A stretch of 64,000 nucleotides of DNA from a virus, in the IMG/VR virus record IMGVR_UViG_3300022745_000030, positions 5,334 through 69,333 of that record, one strand, 5' to 3'. Numbering within the stretch: the stretch's first letter is position 1; every line of letters begins with the position of its first letter. A program made the position numbers and the translations under genes. Shown here in pieces: positions 9,181 through 19,602 of the stretch. The notes below the pieces were generated by a model, which was not told the origin of the DNA, did no database searches, and worked only from the letters and a program-made list of their open reading frames with translations.

Positions 9181-11639
9181 TGGTTGCTGCCTACGCGGGT
9201 ACCCGAAAAGCATTCACCGACGTTGTTCGGTACGGCACTGCGCAGATTCTTTCTAGCTTGCAGAAGGATATCGCGCGGGGTAACATCGGACTAGCTGCCA
9301 CGGACAGTGTAGCGTTCAAAAGTGTTACAGTAGCGGGCGACCCAGTAGACGGCTACTCTGGGGTTCTCGGACTTTACGATCCAACTGTGGGGGAAGCTAG
9401 AGAACTTTTCTCGTATGACGGGGAACTGCTTTACGCAGGCTATCAAGTTGCCCGCGATCACGGCGCTCCGACATTTGCAAACGTCAAACTTGATCCGACT
9501 GGCACCATTTCGTTCAACAATGGAACTTCGTATATTCCGCTCGGCCTAAGCGGCTCTGATCTGGCGTTCAATGGCTCTCGAATTGCATTGTTTAGCGACT
9601 TGTCATCCTATCAACCACTTGATGCCGACCTCACGGCGATTGCAGCGTTGACGACAACGACGTTTGGTCGTTCGCTGTTGACGCAGGCTGACGCGGCAAC
9701 AACGCGGGCGACAATTGGAGCAGGCACATCTAGCTTTGACGGTGCGTTCTCGTCGCTGAGTGGTAAGCCGACAACTCTGAGCGGCTACGGTATAACCGAC
9801 GCAACCACCAACGCTCGTTCTGCTCTTTCGTTCGTCGCTGGTTCTGGTGCGTACAATTCGACGACTGGCGTTATCACAATCCCGACGAATACAAGCCAGT
9901 TATCAAACGGGGCTGGCTATTTAACCGGAAACCAAAGCATTACGGTTTCAGGTGATGCTACTGGCAGCGGAACGACTTCGATTGCTTTAACGCTGGCTAC
10001 AGTTGCAACGGCTGGAACGTACCGAAGCGTAACTGTCAACGCAAAGGGCCTTGTTACTGCTGGAACAAACCCAACGACGTTGGCTGGTTATGGGATTACC
10101 GACGCTGTCACCTCTGGCGGTGCGTTAGGCACTCCATCTAGCGGAACGCTTACCAATTGCACTGGATACACTTTTGCAAACATTGCAAGCAAGCCGACGA
10201 CGCTAAGCGGATACGGTATCACTGATTCTGTCGCTTTGACAACTGGCAAGCTATCCCAATTCGCAGCGACCACATCAAGCGAGCTGGCTGGCGTCATTAG
10301 CGACGAGACTGGAAGCGGGGCGTTGGTGTTCGGAACTGCTCCAACGATTAGCAACCCGACGTTCAATCAATTCAATCTCAGCGGCAACATTAGTTCGGCT
10401 GCATGGACAACTAGCGGCATTCGCATCAAGGGTGTACCGGCGACGTTTACTGATACAACATCAGCAGGAACAGTTGCGGCAGCGTACACGAATCATTTGG
10501 GGGGCAACACGATCGCGGCTAGCAACGCCGTCACGTTCACCAATTACATCACGACATTCATTCAGGACCCAGTCGCTGGTACGAATGTCACGTTTACTAA
10601 CCGATGGGCACTCGGCGCAGAATCGGCACGATTCGGAACATCGAATCAAGTAACGATCTCGAATAGTGGCGTGCTCTCTGCGATTTCGCCAGTATTCACA
10701 GGAACGCCCGTATGTCGTTTCGCGTCTGGCACGCCTGGAACGGACGAGCTTGAGTTGTCCCATGATGGAACGTATGCGACTCTTTACAACAAGAAGTACA
10801 CGACTAGCCAAGCAGGGCGAATGCGGCTTGGTAATAACTCTGTATTGTTCGGTGCCGAATCAACGGTCATCGGGTTTAGAGCAACCTGGAGCACATCGAC
10901 TAATCGGGTCACTTTCTCCATGGGGAGTGATACAGGGGCTCAGGTAGCGAATGTGACTATGGCGAACGTCACGGCAAGCGCTGGCTTGAGACTGACTGGC
11001 GCTGGAACTGGGTTTATCGAGTTCTGGAACGCAGCGGACACCGCACAGGATTTGGTTATTGTTCGCGATGCTGCTGACACACTTGGTCAGCGTCGCGGCA
11101 CTAACGCACAAACATGGCGACTGTACGGCACCTACACAGATGCCAGTAACTATCGGAGACTGTACCTGTCTAGCACCACTGGAGGGGCTTTCACTCTGGG
11201 TGTGGAAGGGCTGGGGACAGGTGCCGCCGGAAACACGTTGGCGATAGCCGGTTTGTCAACAATAACTGGAGCTTCTGGCGACATAATCATCAATTCTTCG
11301 ACTGGGACCGATGTCGTCTTTCAATCAAACGGAACTGAAACGTTCCGCGTAAAATCCGGGTCGCAAGGAATTGCGTTTGTTTCAACGTCTCAAATTATCA
11401 AATTTGCCGGTACAACCGGACTAGCACAAAACGCGAACGGCGTGGTTGAAGTCAATAGCGGCACAGCAGGCACTCTGCGAGACCTCTTGTTGCGAGATAT
11501 CACGCTCACACCATCGACCACGAGAACACTTAGCACGAATGGTCAATTCTCAATCGAGATGACCTCGAACACGGCAGGAAATCTCGTCTATCGCGGCTCA
11601 GATGGAGTTACCCGTAGATTTGCATTCACTGTTTCATAG
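9180..11639 (+). CDS. Fibre protein (head, collar or tail fibre)
   Basis: 819 aa Gly/Thr/Ser-rich; three (K/N)PTTL(S/A)GYGITD repeats, YQPLDADLTAIA, VTVNAKGLVTAG and SDETGSGALVFGTAPT fibre motifs. Confidence 0.85.
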   Translation: MVAAYAGTRKAFTDVVRYGTAQILSSLQKDIARGNIGLAATDSVAFKSVTVAGDPVDGYSGVLGLYDPTVGEARELFSYDGELLYAGYQVARDHGAPTFANVKLDPTGTISFNNGTSYIPLGLSGSDLAFNGSRIALFSDLSSYQPLDADLTAIAALTTTTFGRSLLTQADAATTRATIGAGTSSFDGAFSSLSGKPTTLSGYGITDATTNARSALSFVAGSGAYNSTTGVITIPTNTSQLSNGAGYLTGNQSITVSGDATGSGTTSIALTLATVATAGTYRSVTVNAKGLVTAGTNPTTLAGYGITDAVTSGGALGTPSSGTLTNCTGYTFANIASKPTTLSGYGITDSVALTTGKLSQFAATTSSELAGVISDETGSGALVFGTAPTISNPTFNQFNLSGNISSAAWTTSGIRIKGVPATFTDTTSAGTVAAAYTNHLGGNTIAASNAVTFTNYITTFIQDPVAGTNVTFTNRWALGAESARFGTSNQVTISNSGVLSAISPVFTGTPVCRFASGTPGTDELELSHDGTYATLYNKKYTTSQAGRMRLGNNSVLFGAESTVIGFRATWSTSTNRVTFSMGSDTGAQVANVTMANVTASAGLRLTGAGTGFIEFWNAADTAQDLVIVRDAADTLGQRRGTNAQTWRLYGTYTDASNYRRLYLSSTTGGAFTLGVEGLGTGAAGNTLAIAGLSTITGASGDIIINSSTGTDVVFQSNGTETFRVKSGSQGIAFVSTSQIIKFAGTTGLAQNANGVVEVNSGTAGTLRDLLLRDITLTPSTTRTLSTNGQFSIEMTSNTAGNLVYRGSDGVTRRFAFTVS

Positions 11640-11647
11640 GTTCAATC

Positions 11648-11914
11648 ATGATTGATCTATCTCAACTCACTCAAGAACAACAATGGGGCCTTGCCTTTGT
11701 AGCCGGGCAGCGAAACGCCAACAAGGCGGAAAGCGAACCAGACTGGACACCGGAAGAGTATGCTCTGCATGTTCTTTCGACTGCCTGTGATTCGTATTTT
11801 CAGTCGCTGGTCGAGTACAAAAAGCAAGTCACCATCGAAAAGTTCAATGCAGCAACACCGGATAAACAACAACAGGTATTCGAGATTCTCGAAGTCCCTG
11901 ATGTTGTAAACTAG
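11648..11914 (+). CDS. Hypothetical protein, possible fibre chaperone
   Basis: 88-aa acidic ORF directly after the fibre gene. Confidence 0.6.
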   Translation: MIDLSQLTQEQQWGLAFVAGQRNANKAESEPDWTPEEYALHVLSTACDSYFQSLVEYKKQVTIEKFNAATPDKQQQVFEILEVPDVVN

Positions 11915-11999
11915 CCGGGCACCCGTTTTTCGGCAAGTACCGGAATCCGGGTTATACTGCTACCTGTTTCTTTTGTTTCATTTACCGGGGAAAATTACA

Positions 12000-12218
12000 A
12001 TGCCGCAAGACCGCCAACAACTCGCCAAAGACCTTGATTCCGTAGCCTTCGCTGTGCAAGAACTCCAGGGCAAATGGGATCTGCTTGTATCCGTTCGATC
12101 GAGCTTCGCTCGGATCGCCGAAGCCCTTGGGTTCCGGCAGTCGGAAGCCCCGGTCCCAGAGACACCGGTAGCGGCAGAGACACCAGCATCTGAGACCCAA
12201 GAACCCAAAGCCGAATAG
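12000..12218 (+). CDS. Small coiled-coil hypothetical protein
   Basis: ATG at 12000 (MPQDRQQL), downstream of a TATACT box at 11953. Confidence 0.6.
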   Translation: MPQDRQQLAKDLDSVAFAVQELQGKWDLLVSVRSSFARIAEALGFRQSEAPVPETPVAAETPASETQEPKAE

Positions 12219-12220
12219 TC

Positions 12221-13039
12221 ATGGCAAATCGTCCTTTCGAGTGGGCTGATTCAACGGGGCTAGTCCTCTACGCATTCCCGGCGTCCCAGAGCCTCGGCGA
12301 CTGGACAACGCACCGGGAATTGCTGGTGGAACGCTCTGCGCCCAATCTCGGAATGTACGATGCCACGCTAGACGACGCCAAAGGATTTGTCTGGTACGTG
12401 TTCGAGGGGGCTACTCAGCCTGCCTCCTGGGCTGACCACGTCTCAGAGCCGATCAATCTACCAGACACCACAAATCAGGGCACCGGGGCATATACCATTA
12501 CGTTCACTGCCCGAGATTCGGATACGAGCGCTCCGATCGCGGGAGCCCTGATTACGGTATCCGTCTCGGGGTCAATCGTCGCCTGGGGCAACACGAACGC
12601 ATCTGGGGTGCTTGCTTTGGCGCTGAATTCCGGGGCAAACGCCTACACTGTCAAGGCATCTGGGTACTCTACCTTGTCTTCCAGTGTCACCGTATCAGCG
12701 AACGCATCGGTCACCGCAAGCCTGTCGCACCAGTCGCCAACGCCTAGCGATCCAGGCCGGGTAACCGGGTACTGGGTCGTCTACGACGAACAGGGCAACG
12801 TGGAACCCAATACGCGGGTCAATATGCAGGTAGTCGAGGTCCCGGCGACCTCGACCGGGCTAGCACTCATTGACACCGTAAGACATGCGGACAGTAACTC
12901 TAGCGGGGTAGCCGAATTCGCTAACCTATTCCCCGGTGTTACCTACGTGGCATACCTCCAAGGTTCCCAGAAACAGACACTGGTTACGGTACCCGCCAAT
13001 GCAACTAGCCCAGTGGCTCTCGGGAGTATCATAGGATGA
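12221..13039 (+). CDS. Virion-associated protein with carboxypeptidase-regulatory-like (Ig-like) domains
   Basis: PIAGALITVS...NTNASG...YTVKASGY and DSNSSGVAEFANLFPG patterns. Confidence 0.65.
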   Translation: MANRPFEWADSTGLVLYAFPASQSLGDWTTHRELLVERSAPNLGMYDATLDDAKGFVWYVFEGATQPASWADHVSEPINLPDTTNQGTGAYTITFTARDSDTSAPIAGALITVSVSGSIVAWGNTNASGVLALALNSGANAYTVKASGYSTLSSSVTVSANASVTASLSHQSPTPSDPGRVTGYWVVYDEQGNVEPNTRVNMQVVEVPATSTGLALIDTVRHADSNSSGVAEFANLFPGVTYVAYLQGSQKQTLVTVPANATSPVALGSIIG

Positions 13040-13428
13040 CTGTAACCACAACGGTAGCCGCTGTCAACAAAATCATCGTGTACGATACCACAGTCATACC
13101 CGATGTCCAGCCTTTTATCGATTCCGCGATCGTGATCGTATCGAGTATTGTCGCAATCGACAATACTCCTACCGATGCGATGCTAGAACTGGTTACCCGG
13201 TACGTTACGGCGCACCTGATCTCAATCACCGATACTCGGATCGCCAGCGAACAGGTCAAATCGCTCCAACAAAGTTTCCAGTACAAGCTATCGGACGGCC
13301 TAGGTCTCAGTCACTTCGGCGCCACCGCCATGCTACTAGATACTACCGGGCGACTGGCAGCCTGGAACAACCGGGTAGTCAACGGGCTTCTGAAACCGCA
13401 ATTCTTCTGGGCGGGTAGCGACGAATGA
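13036..13428 (+). CDS. Head-tail adaptor
   Basis: LELVTRYVTAHLI, SHFGATAMLLDTTGRL motifs; position in neck module. Confidence 0.75.
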   Translation: MTVTTTVAAVNKIIVYDTTVIPDVQPFIDSAIVIVSSIVAIDNTPTDAMLELVTRYVTAHLISITDTRIASEQVKSLQQSFQYKLSDGLGLSHFGATAMLLDTTGRLAAWNNRVVNGLLKPQFFWAGSDE

Positions 13429-13769
13429 GCCTCGTAACTCGGGCACAGAGACAAACACTGGTCTATTGGGCACCGGGTAAAGCTAACTCGGACGGGGAGC
13501 CCACGTACCTTGCACCAGTCGAGCTATCCTGCCGCTGGGACAACCGGGTACAGGAAATCCAAACGGATGTCGGCACCACAGTCGTCTCCCGCGTAGAACT
13601 CATTACCCAGGATTTGCTAACAGTCGGCGGCTGCGTCTTGTACGGTACCCTGAACTCCGTCCCGTACCTAGCCAACCCTAAAAGAAATTCCGGGGCGTAC
13701 GAGGTACTCAAAGTATCCTCGACTCCACCGATCACCCGAGGCGATACGCTATACGAGGCATGGGCATGA
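13425..13769 (+). CDS. Head closure/stopper protein
   Basis: GEPTYLAPVELSCRW motif; position after adaptor. Confidence 0.7.
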   Translation: MSLVTRAQRQTLVYWAPGKANSDGEPTYLAPVELSCRWDNRVQEIQTDVGTTVVSRVELITQDLLTVGGCVLYGTLNSVPYLANPKRNSGAYEVLKVSSTPPITRGDTLYEAWA

Positions 13770-14152
13770 AAGCACAACTCGTAGGCGCAGACGCCATGAT
13801 CCGGGCACTTACAAGGCATGGCGACAAGCTGGCGAAAGCCTTCGAAAAGGGTATCACCAAGGCGTCCAAGGTATTGTTCGAGGAAGCCAAGCAAGAAACT
13901 CCGGTAGATACCGGGGCACTTCTGGCATCCGGGGTCCAGTACACCGAGGGAACCGGCTGGAAAACAGTAGCGATCGTGGGTTTCGGTACCCCGGTGCGGG
14001 GGTTTTTCAAGAATGGCCGGGAACGGCACCCCGAGGAATACGCTTGCTGGCAGCACGATGACCCCTACAACCGGAAATGGCTCGAAATCACAGTCGATGC
14101 CGAGTACGACAACATCCACGACATAGTATACACCTACCTCGCCAAAGCATGA
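13760..14152 (+). CDS. HK97 gp10-like neck protein
   Basis: ETPVDTGALLAS and EYACWQHD motifs. Confidence 0.8.
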   Translation: MGMKAQLVGADAMIRALTRHGDKLAKAFEKGITKASKVLFEEAKQETPVDTGALLASGVQYTEGTGWKTVAIVGFGTPVRGFFKNGRERHPEEYACWQHDDPYNRKWLEITVDAEYDNIHDIVYTYLAKA

Positions 14153-14562
14153 CACGTAGCCCAGCCGAAATTTTCGCAGAAGTGATCCGGGCGGACCAGG
14201 AAGCCCTGGGCTACTCCGTGTACGTGAACCACATGCCAGATCAACCGGATGCGGCAATTATGGTGTTTGACCAGCCTTCCGGGCAGCTAGAGGGCCGTAG
14301 TCTTCGCTCGGGCGACGTTGTCGAGCACCCCGTGGTCCAAGTCATCGTCCGGGGTCCCAAGGGGCCAGGAAGCACGATATCGGGCTATACGGCGATTTCC
14401 ACGGTATGGGGTACCGTGAAGCAGGTACACCAGCAGGTGCTCTCGCAGGGCGAAATTCTGCAATGTATCACAAAAACTAATACAATAGGGTCTTTGGGGC
14501 TAGAACCACAGACTCGCCGTGCCCGGTTTTCGCAGCAATTTAGAATGACATTTTCGGAGTAG
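14149..14562 (+). CDS. Tail terminator (minor capsid-like)
   Basis: Start MTRSPAE overlaps the previous stop; HMPDQPD and HPVVQVIVRG motifs. Confidence 0.75.
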   Translation: MTRSPAEIFAEVIRADQEALGYSVYVNHMPDQPDAAIMVFDQPSGQLEGRSLRSGDVVEHPVVQVIVRGPKGPGSTISGYTAISTVWGTVKQVHQQVLSQGEILQCITKTNTIGSLGLEPQTRRARFSQQFRMTFSE

Positions 14563-14564
14563 GT

Positions 14565-15032
14565 ATGCCTTACCAATTGATGAAGGACGGGTTTAAGACC
14601 CTTATCGCGATCAACGGGGTTACCCCGGTGTTCGAGGAAATTGAGGTAACACCACCTGCGCTCGATGCCGGTGGCACCATTACGCAAACCACGATGCGTA
14701 ACACCAAGATGCGCACCATGCTTGGTAAGCAATTGGTAACCCTGGGCAAGATTTCGGTCAAGGTCGCATACGACCCCAAAGCCTATGCCCAGATTTTCGC
14801 AGTCTTGGGTTCCAATCGCTACATCACTGTGACCTTCCCGGACAATAGCACCCTGGTTTTCTACGCTGTCGTGGACAAGTTCACGCCAGATGCCCTCAAG
14901 GAAGGTGAACGACCCGAGGCTACCCTGGAACTCGAACCAAGCAACCTCACCACGGCGAACCCACCTGTGGAATTCCAGCCGGTGTTCTCGACGGGAACAA
15001 CCGTTACCACGACTACCACGGCTGTACCATAA
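14565..15032 (+). CDS. Major tail tube protein
   Basis: 155 aa with ITVTFPDNSTLVFYAVV pattern; precedes chaperones and tape measure; Thr-rich C-terminal tail. Confidence 0.8.
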   Translation: MPYQLMKDGFKTLIAINGVTPVFEEIEVTPPALDAGGTITQTTMRNTKMRTMLGKQLVTLGKISVKVAYDPKAYAQIFAVLGSNRYITVTFPDNSTLVFYAVVDKFTPDALKEGERPEATLELEPSNLTTANPPVEFQPVFSTGTTVTTTTTAVP

Positions 15033-15053
15033 CCAGCTTTTTGATGACCTTCT

Positions 15054-15085
15054 GGGTACGGTAGCTCGGCTGTCGTACCCTTTTT
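15054..15085 (+). terminator. Intrinsic terminator after tail tube gene
   Basis: GGGTACGGTAGC-TCG-GCTGTCGTACCC followed by TTTTT. Confidence 0.8.
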
Positions 15086-15103
15086 GCACTTACGGGGAAA
15101 ACG

Positions 15104-15460
15104 ATGAATATCAAAGTCAAACTTACCAAAAAGTCGATTCCGGTAGAACTCGAAGTTGCCGATGGGCAATGCATGACCTACCAAGTCAAAGAAATGTCCG
15201 GGGCACAACGGGACGAATACCAGTCCCGACTCGCCAAAAAGGCGACCGTGGATGCCCAGGGCAACGTCATCGAGATCAAGGATACCACGGGCCTGTATAG
15301 CTCGCTCTTGGCCCACACTCTCTATGACCCAGACGGGAAACTGGTTCCAGAGGCAACGATCCAATCTTGGCCGGATTCGGCCCAGAGAGCCTTGTTCGAG
15401 GTAGCTCGGGAAGTCAACGGCTACAACGACAAACAGGACGACCCCGAAAAAAAAGATTAG
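15104..15460 (+). CDS. Tail assembly chaperone (gpG-like)
   Basis: VKEMSGAQRDEY motif; between tail tube and tape measure; ends at a slippery A-run. Confidence 0.85.
   Translation: MNIKVKLTKKSIPVELEVADGQCMTYQVKEMSGAQRDEYQSRLAKKATVDAQGNVIEIKDTTGLYSSLLAHTLYDPDGKLVPEATIQSWPDSAQRALFEVAREVNGYNDKQDDPEKKD
15446..15455 (+). other. Programmed -1 ribosomal frameshift site
   Basis: GAAAAAAAAG just before the stop of the chaperone; the next ORF (15367..15783) is in the -1 frame. Confidence 0.8.
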
Positions 15461-15783
15461 AGCCAGAAGAGTATCTCTGGTTCTACTTAGCACACGAACT
15501 GGGCTTGCCCCTCTCGCTTGTGAAACACTGGGTGACAGTGTCCGAGTTCGAGAAATGGCAAGCCTATTTTCGTATGCGGAGAGATCAACACGAAAAGCAG
15601 GATTGGTACATGGCTTCCCTCGCACATAGCATCCACGCTGTAAACGGGGGCAAGGGAGACATAGCTGATTTCCTACTCTCGTTCAAGGTCTCCGACAGCA
15701 AGGCCGCCGAGGTTGATCCAGAGGTAGCCGCTGAAATGTCCAAACAAACTTGGTGCGCATTCCTTAACGTGGTGCCTGAATAA
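15455..15783 (+). CDS. Tail assembly chaperone frameshift extension (gpGT-like)
   Basis: LAHELGLPL...VSEFEKWQAYF motif typical of gpT domains. Confidence 0.8.
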
Positions 15784-18227
15784 TGTCAACAGAACGCGAA
15801 CTACCTCCATTACGAGTAAAGCTGATAGGGGATGCGTCCAGCTATAACAAAATGGTTCAGGATGCGGTCGCCAAGACTAAAGACCTGGGCAACGCAATCG
15901 GGGCTATAGGCAAAACGATAACAAAGCAGGCGGCGACTACTAAGAAAGAGATAGAGGATAACGCAAAAGCCGAGGCGCGAGCCAAGAAAGCTAACGAGAA
16001 AGCTACCTGGAATATCATAGAGGCTGCGGAAGAGGCGAATAAACTCGTCACGAAGCACCAGAAAGACCAAGTAGCGGAAGCGGTCAAGTCTGCGCAAATA
16101 AAATCCGCAGCAGAAAAAGCCAACAATAAGTGGTGGCAGAACCACTTCAAATCGCTGACCTCGATGACTAAGTCTGTCGCAAGAGAATCGGTATCGGCAG
16201 CGGGCGTAGTCAAGACTGCTTGGAGTGTGGCTGCCGCTAGTATGCGGAATGCGTGGGCATCACCAAGATCATCCAATATGGGCGGCAGTGGTTTAGGTGC
16301 CGGGCTATCCAGCCGGGCTGACATCTACATGCACATGAATGCCCTGCGATCCTTGGCACAAAATACGTCCAGTATCGCTAATGCCTTCATGGAATGGCAA
16401 AGCATTTCTGTCTCTATCCAAGCCTTCACCAAGGATGCGGCCGAGGCTGCCCAGGTGATGGCTGAATTGAAGAAACAAGCCCTCGCCAGCCCATTTGGCA
16501 TAAAGGATGTAGGACAAGCGGCAACCATGCTTATGGGCTACGGCGTCGAGACGCAGAAAGCTGTAGAACTCACAGGGATGTTGGGCGACGTGGCTATGGG
16601 CAACAAGGACAAGCTGAACCGGCTTGCTCTTGCTATGGCCCAGATCAATTCGCTCTCCAAGCTGCAAGGCCAAGAACTCCGCCAGTTGACGGAACACGGC
16701 TTCAACCCTTTGATGACGATCGCTAAGCAGACAGCGGCATCTCAGAGTGTAGAAGATATCCGTAAGCGGTACGCTGAACTGGACGCGATGAAGCGAGACG
16801 GGCTCATTACTTCCGAGGCAGTTATTGCTGCATTGAAGGTTGAGACCTCTGAGGGTGGACGGTTCGCTGGTATGGCCCAAAAGATGGCGAATAGCGTGCA
16901 GGGTCTTATCCAACAGATTCGCGAGAACATTTGGTATACGGTAGCTCATGCTATTGGGTACATGGAAGGCAACCTACAACGTGCCCTTGCTACGGTCCTA
17001 CACTACACCAAGATGGCTCGGGAATGGGTCGAAACGCACAAAGAAGCCACAATTCGGATCTTGCGAACGGCGGCGGCGTTGCTGGCAACGGCGGCTGCAT
17101 TTCACATGGTTGGATTTGCTATTTCGGTATTCCGCTGGCAACTGTCTTCCGTATTCACCATTTTCACTTCTATTCGAGCAGTCCTATTCCCAGTTACGAT
17201 GGGGATTGGTCTGCTGAGCACGGCATTTGGGCAATTCGGATCGATCTTCCGGGGTACCTGGGGAATGATATCGTCTCTTCTGATGCGAAATCCACTTGGG
17301 TTCTTTACTAATCTAGCCGGAATGGCTGGTCCGTTACTCACTGTAGCTGCCGCATTCGGTGGCATCGGTATCATGGTTGCCCTGGTGCGAGATAGCATAT
17401 CCCAAGGATTGAATGTCAGTGTGGCTGAATTCATTGTTTGGATGGAAAAAGCAGGCAAGGCGGTTACCGGGTTTTTTGCGAACTTCGAAGAGAACATTCG
17501 TATACTGGTGCCCTGGTTGGGGGCCAATATGAAGCAAATCCAGACTGCGGCTGAGATCACTTTCAGCAACATGCTGAGTGCTATGGCGCACAACATTGCT
17601 GTGTTCGCCGAGAACCTGCCGATGCTACTGGTCAAGGGTATCCAGGCAGGTATGCCTGCAATGCGGAAAGCTATGCAGGAAAGCGTAGGTTTTCTATTCT
17701 CGCCTTTCGACGCCCAGGCCCGAGGCTCTCTAGCCAATAAAATGGCGGACCTGATGACCGGGAATTTCCACGGTAAGCGAGGCCGAGACGCAGCTAAGGC
17801 GACCACTGCCAAAGACATTGTAATGGGTATGGTAGGTAGTTTCAAGCACGGCTTTGAGGACGGTAACCCTTGGAGCAATATCCAGCTTCCCGCGTTCAAT
17901 CTCAAAGTACCAGAACTCGGCGGGGTCGAGATGCCTAATGTCTCCGTTCCGCCTGCATTCAAGGCTGATTGGGACAAATTACTGGGTGGCGGTGCTGCTA
18001 AGCAGGGCACCGCTACTATCAGTGATGCTGTGCTGTCGGGTTCTGGCGACCATGCAAAGAAACAATACGAGTACATGGAACGACTTCGTGGTGCCCGGAA
18101 AGGCGTGGCAGCCGTGGACCCACAATTGGCTCAGCAAATCAAGGCTACCCAGTTGCTGGAAATGATTGCCAAGAACACCACGCCTAAAGAGGGTGGAGCG
18201 AAACTCGAACCGGTAAACCTGGAGTAA
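15783..18227 (+). CDS. Tape measure protein
   Basis: 814 aa, Ala-rich helical; SPFGIKDV...LGDVAMG...KLQGQELRQL tape-measure domain; hydrophobic middle region. Confidence 0.92.
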   Translation: MSTERELPPLRVKLIGDASSYNKMVQDAVAKTKDLGNAIGAIGKTITKQAATTKKEIEDNAKAEARAKKANEKATWNIIEAAEEANKLVTKHQKDQVAEAVKSAQIKSAAEKANNKWWQNHFKSLTSMTKSVARESVSAAGVVKTAWSVAAASMRNAWASPRSSNMGGSGLGAGLSSRADIYMHMNALRSLAQNTSSIANAFMEWQSISVSIQAFTKDAAEAAQVMAELKKQALASPFGIKDVGQAATMLMGYGVETQKAVELTGMLGDVAMGNKDKLNRLALAMAQINSLSKLQGQELRQLTEHGFNPLMTIAKQTAASQSVEDIRKRYAELDAMKRDGLITSEAVIAALKVETSEGGRFAGMAQKMANSVQGLIQQIRENIWYTVAHAIGYMEGNLQRALATVLHYTKMAREWVETHKEATIRILRTAAALLATAAAFHMVGFAISVFRWQLSSVFTIFTSIRAVLFPVTMGIGLLSTAFGQFGSIFRGTWGMISSLLMRNPLGFFTNLAGMAGPLLTVAAAFGGIGIMVALVRDSISQGLNVSVAEFIVWMEKAGKAVTGFFANFEENIRILVPWLGANMKQIQTAAEITFSNMLSAMAHNIAVFAENLPMLLVKGIQAGMPAMRKAMQESVGFLFSPFDAQARGSLANKMADLMTGNFHGKRGRDAAKATTAKDIVMGMVGSFKHGFEDGNPWSNIQLPAFNLKVPELGGVEMPNVSVPPAFKADWDKLLGGGAAKQGTATISDAVLSGSGDHAKKQYEYMERLRGARKGVAAVDPQLAQQIKATQLLEMIAKNTTPKEGGAKLEPVNLE

Positions 18228-18229
18228 TC

Positions 18230-19129
18230 ATGACGGTACGAAACAACAACATAGTAGCCCAGTCAATGACTCGCGATATCGAAGGACATCGCGAGTACAC
18301 GGTAACGTGGCACATCGTAACCTCTACTCCGCTTCACGGTCCCGAGATTATCTTGGCCTCGGGGATTCTTCCGGCTGTCGGGTCTCCGTATTCGATTGAC
18401 GACGATTACGATCCCTGGGCGTTCTGCACGCCTGAACTCACTATCGCCCCGCACCGAAATGCTCCTGACGGAGAGCCTACGGTAGACTGGTATGTGACAC
18501 AGAAGTTCTCGACCAAAACAACGTGGCGATGCCAGACGTTCCCAATTGACAATCCGCTTCTGGAACCTTACGAAATCTCCGGTGACTTCACCCACGAACA
18601 GCGGGAACCATCGAAGGACAAAGACAACAAGCCGCTTCTGTTCCCGAACTTCCAACCGATCACCGGACCCAAAATCGAGCAGAAGTATAGCTACCCTACG
18701 ATCTCGATCAAGTTCAACTCGGCAACCCTGCCGCTGAGTACCTACGTTCTCCTGATTAACCGGGTGAACGACTCGCCACTGTGGGGTATGCCTGCTCGGT
18801 GTGTCCGATTTATCGACGCCAAGTGGGAGCGAAAACTGTACGGGGTGTGCTATTACTACTTCACCACGACATACACCTTCGAATTCAATCTCGATACCTT
18901 CGACCCGAAAATCCCGGCAGTAGGTACCAAGTACCTGCGAAACGGGGGCGATCCCAGCAACCCGGACGACTTCATCCAAAAAGAGGATGCTACCGGACAC
19001 TCGGTAGAGGTGCTGCTCAACGCAAGAGGCGAACCCATCGATAAGATCGAGGATCAGTACATCGCCCAGCCGCAGATCGCTAAGGAAGGAAATTTACTAC
19101 TTCTCGGAATCCCTGCTACAATACCATAA
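18230..19129 (+). CDS. Tail tip/distal tail protein (putative)
   Basis: 299 aa directly after the tape measure gene; beta-rich. Confidence 0.6.
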   Translation: MTVRNNNIVAQSMTRDIEGHREYTVTWHIVTSTPLHGPEIILASGILPAVGSPYSIDDDYDPWAFCTPELTIAPHRNAPDGEPTVDWYVTQKFSTKTTWRCQTFPIDNPLLEPYEISGDFTHEQREPSKDKDNKPLLFPNFQPITGPKIEQKYSYPTISIKFNSATLPLSTYVLLINRVNDSPLWGMPARCVRFIDAKWERKLYGVCYYYFTTTYTFEFNLDTFDPKIPAVGTKYLRNGGDPSNPDDFIQKEDATGHSVEVLLNARGEPIDKIEDQYIAQPQIAKEGNLLLLGIPATIP

Positions 19130-19131
19130 CC

Positions 19132-19602
19132 ATGAGCAAAGAACCAGTAATCTCCGTTCGTCAGTCCGGGTCCCCAGTAGAGCAAGATCGATGCACCATT
19201 ACGATTATGGCGCATTACCAGGAGTGGGACCCACCAACGGTAACCCACGTCCGGCACGCATTCGACTACTTGGAAGACCCGGCTAGCGTTCCGCAGCAAT
19301 CGACCATCCGGGTAGACGTTACCCAGCGAACCGAGGTCCCTCGCGGGACCTCAGAACCGGGGCATTGTGTCTACATCCTGGAGCACCAAATAGCGAAGAT
19401 TTCGTCGAAATCAGAGCACAAGGATCTATTGCAAAAAGCCCAGGAATCGAATATCATTACTTTATCTAATGAAGACGGGGTTGCTATGGGTATCCTACTG
19501 CCTAATCGATCCTGTGTTTGCCACTTCCCAGGCAAAGTCTACGCGCAGGGTTCCTCCGCTACGTCTTTGCTGCACGTATCAGTGATGCCAGCCAATGCCT
19601 GA
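19132..19602 (+). CDS. Hypothetical tail-module protein
   Basis: 156-aa ORF coupled to its neighbours. Confidence 0.6.
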   Translation: MSKEPVISVRQSGSPVEQDRCTITIMAHYQEWDPPTVTHVRHAFDYLEDPASVPQQSTIRVDVTQRTEVPRGTSEPGHCVYILEHQIAKISSKSEHKDLLQKAQESNIITLSNEDGVAMGILLPNRSCVCHFPGKVYAQGSSATSLLHVSVMPANA

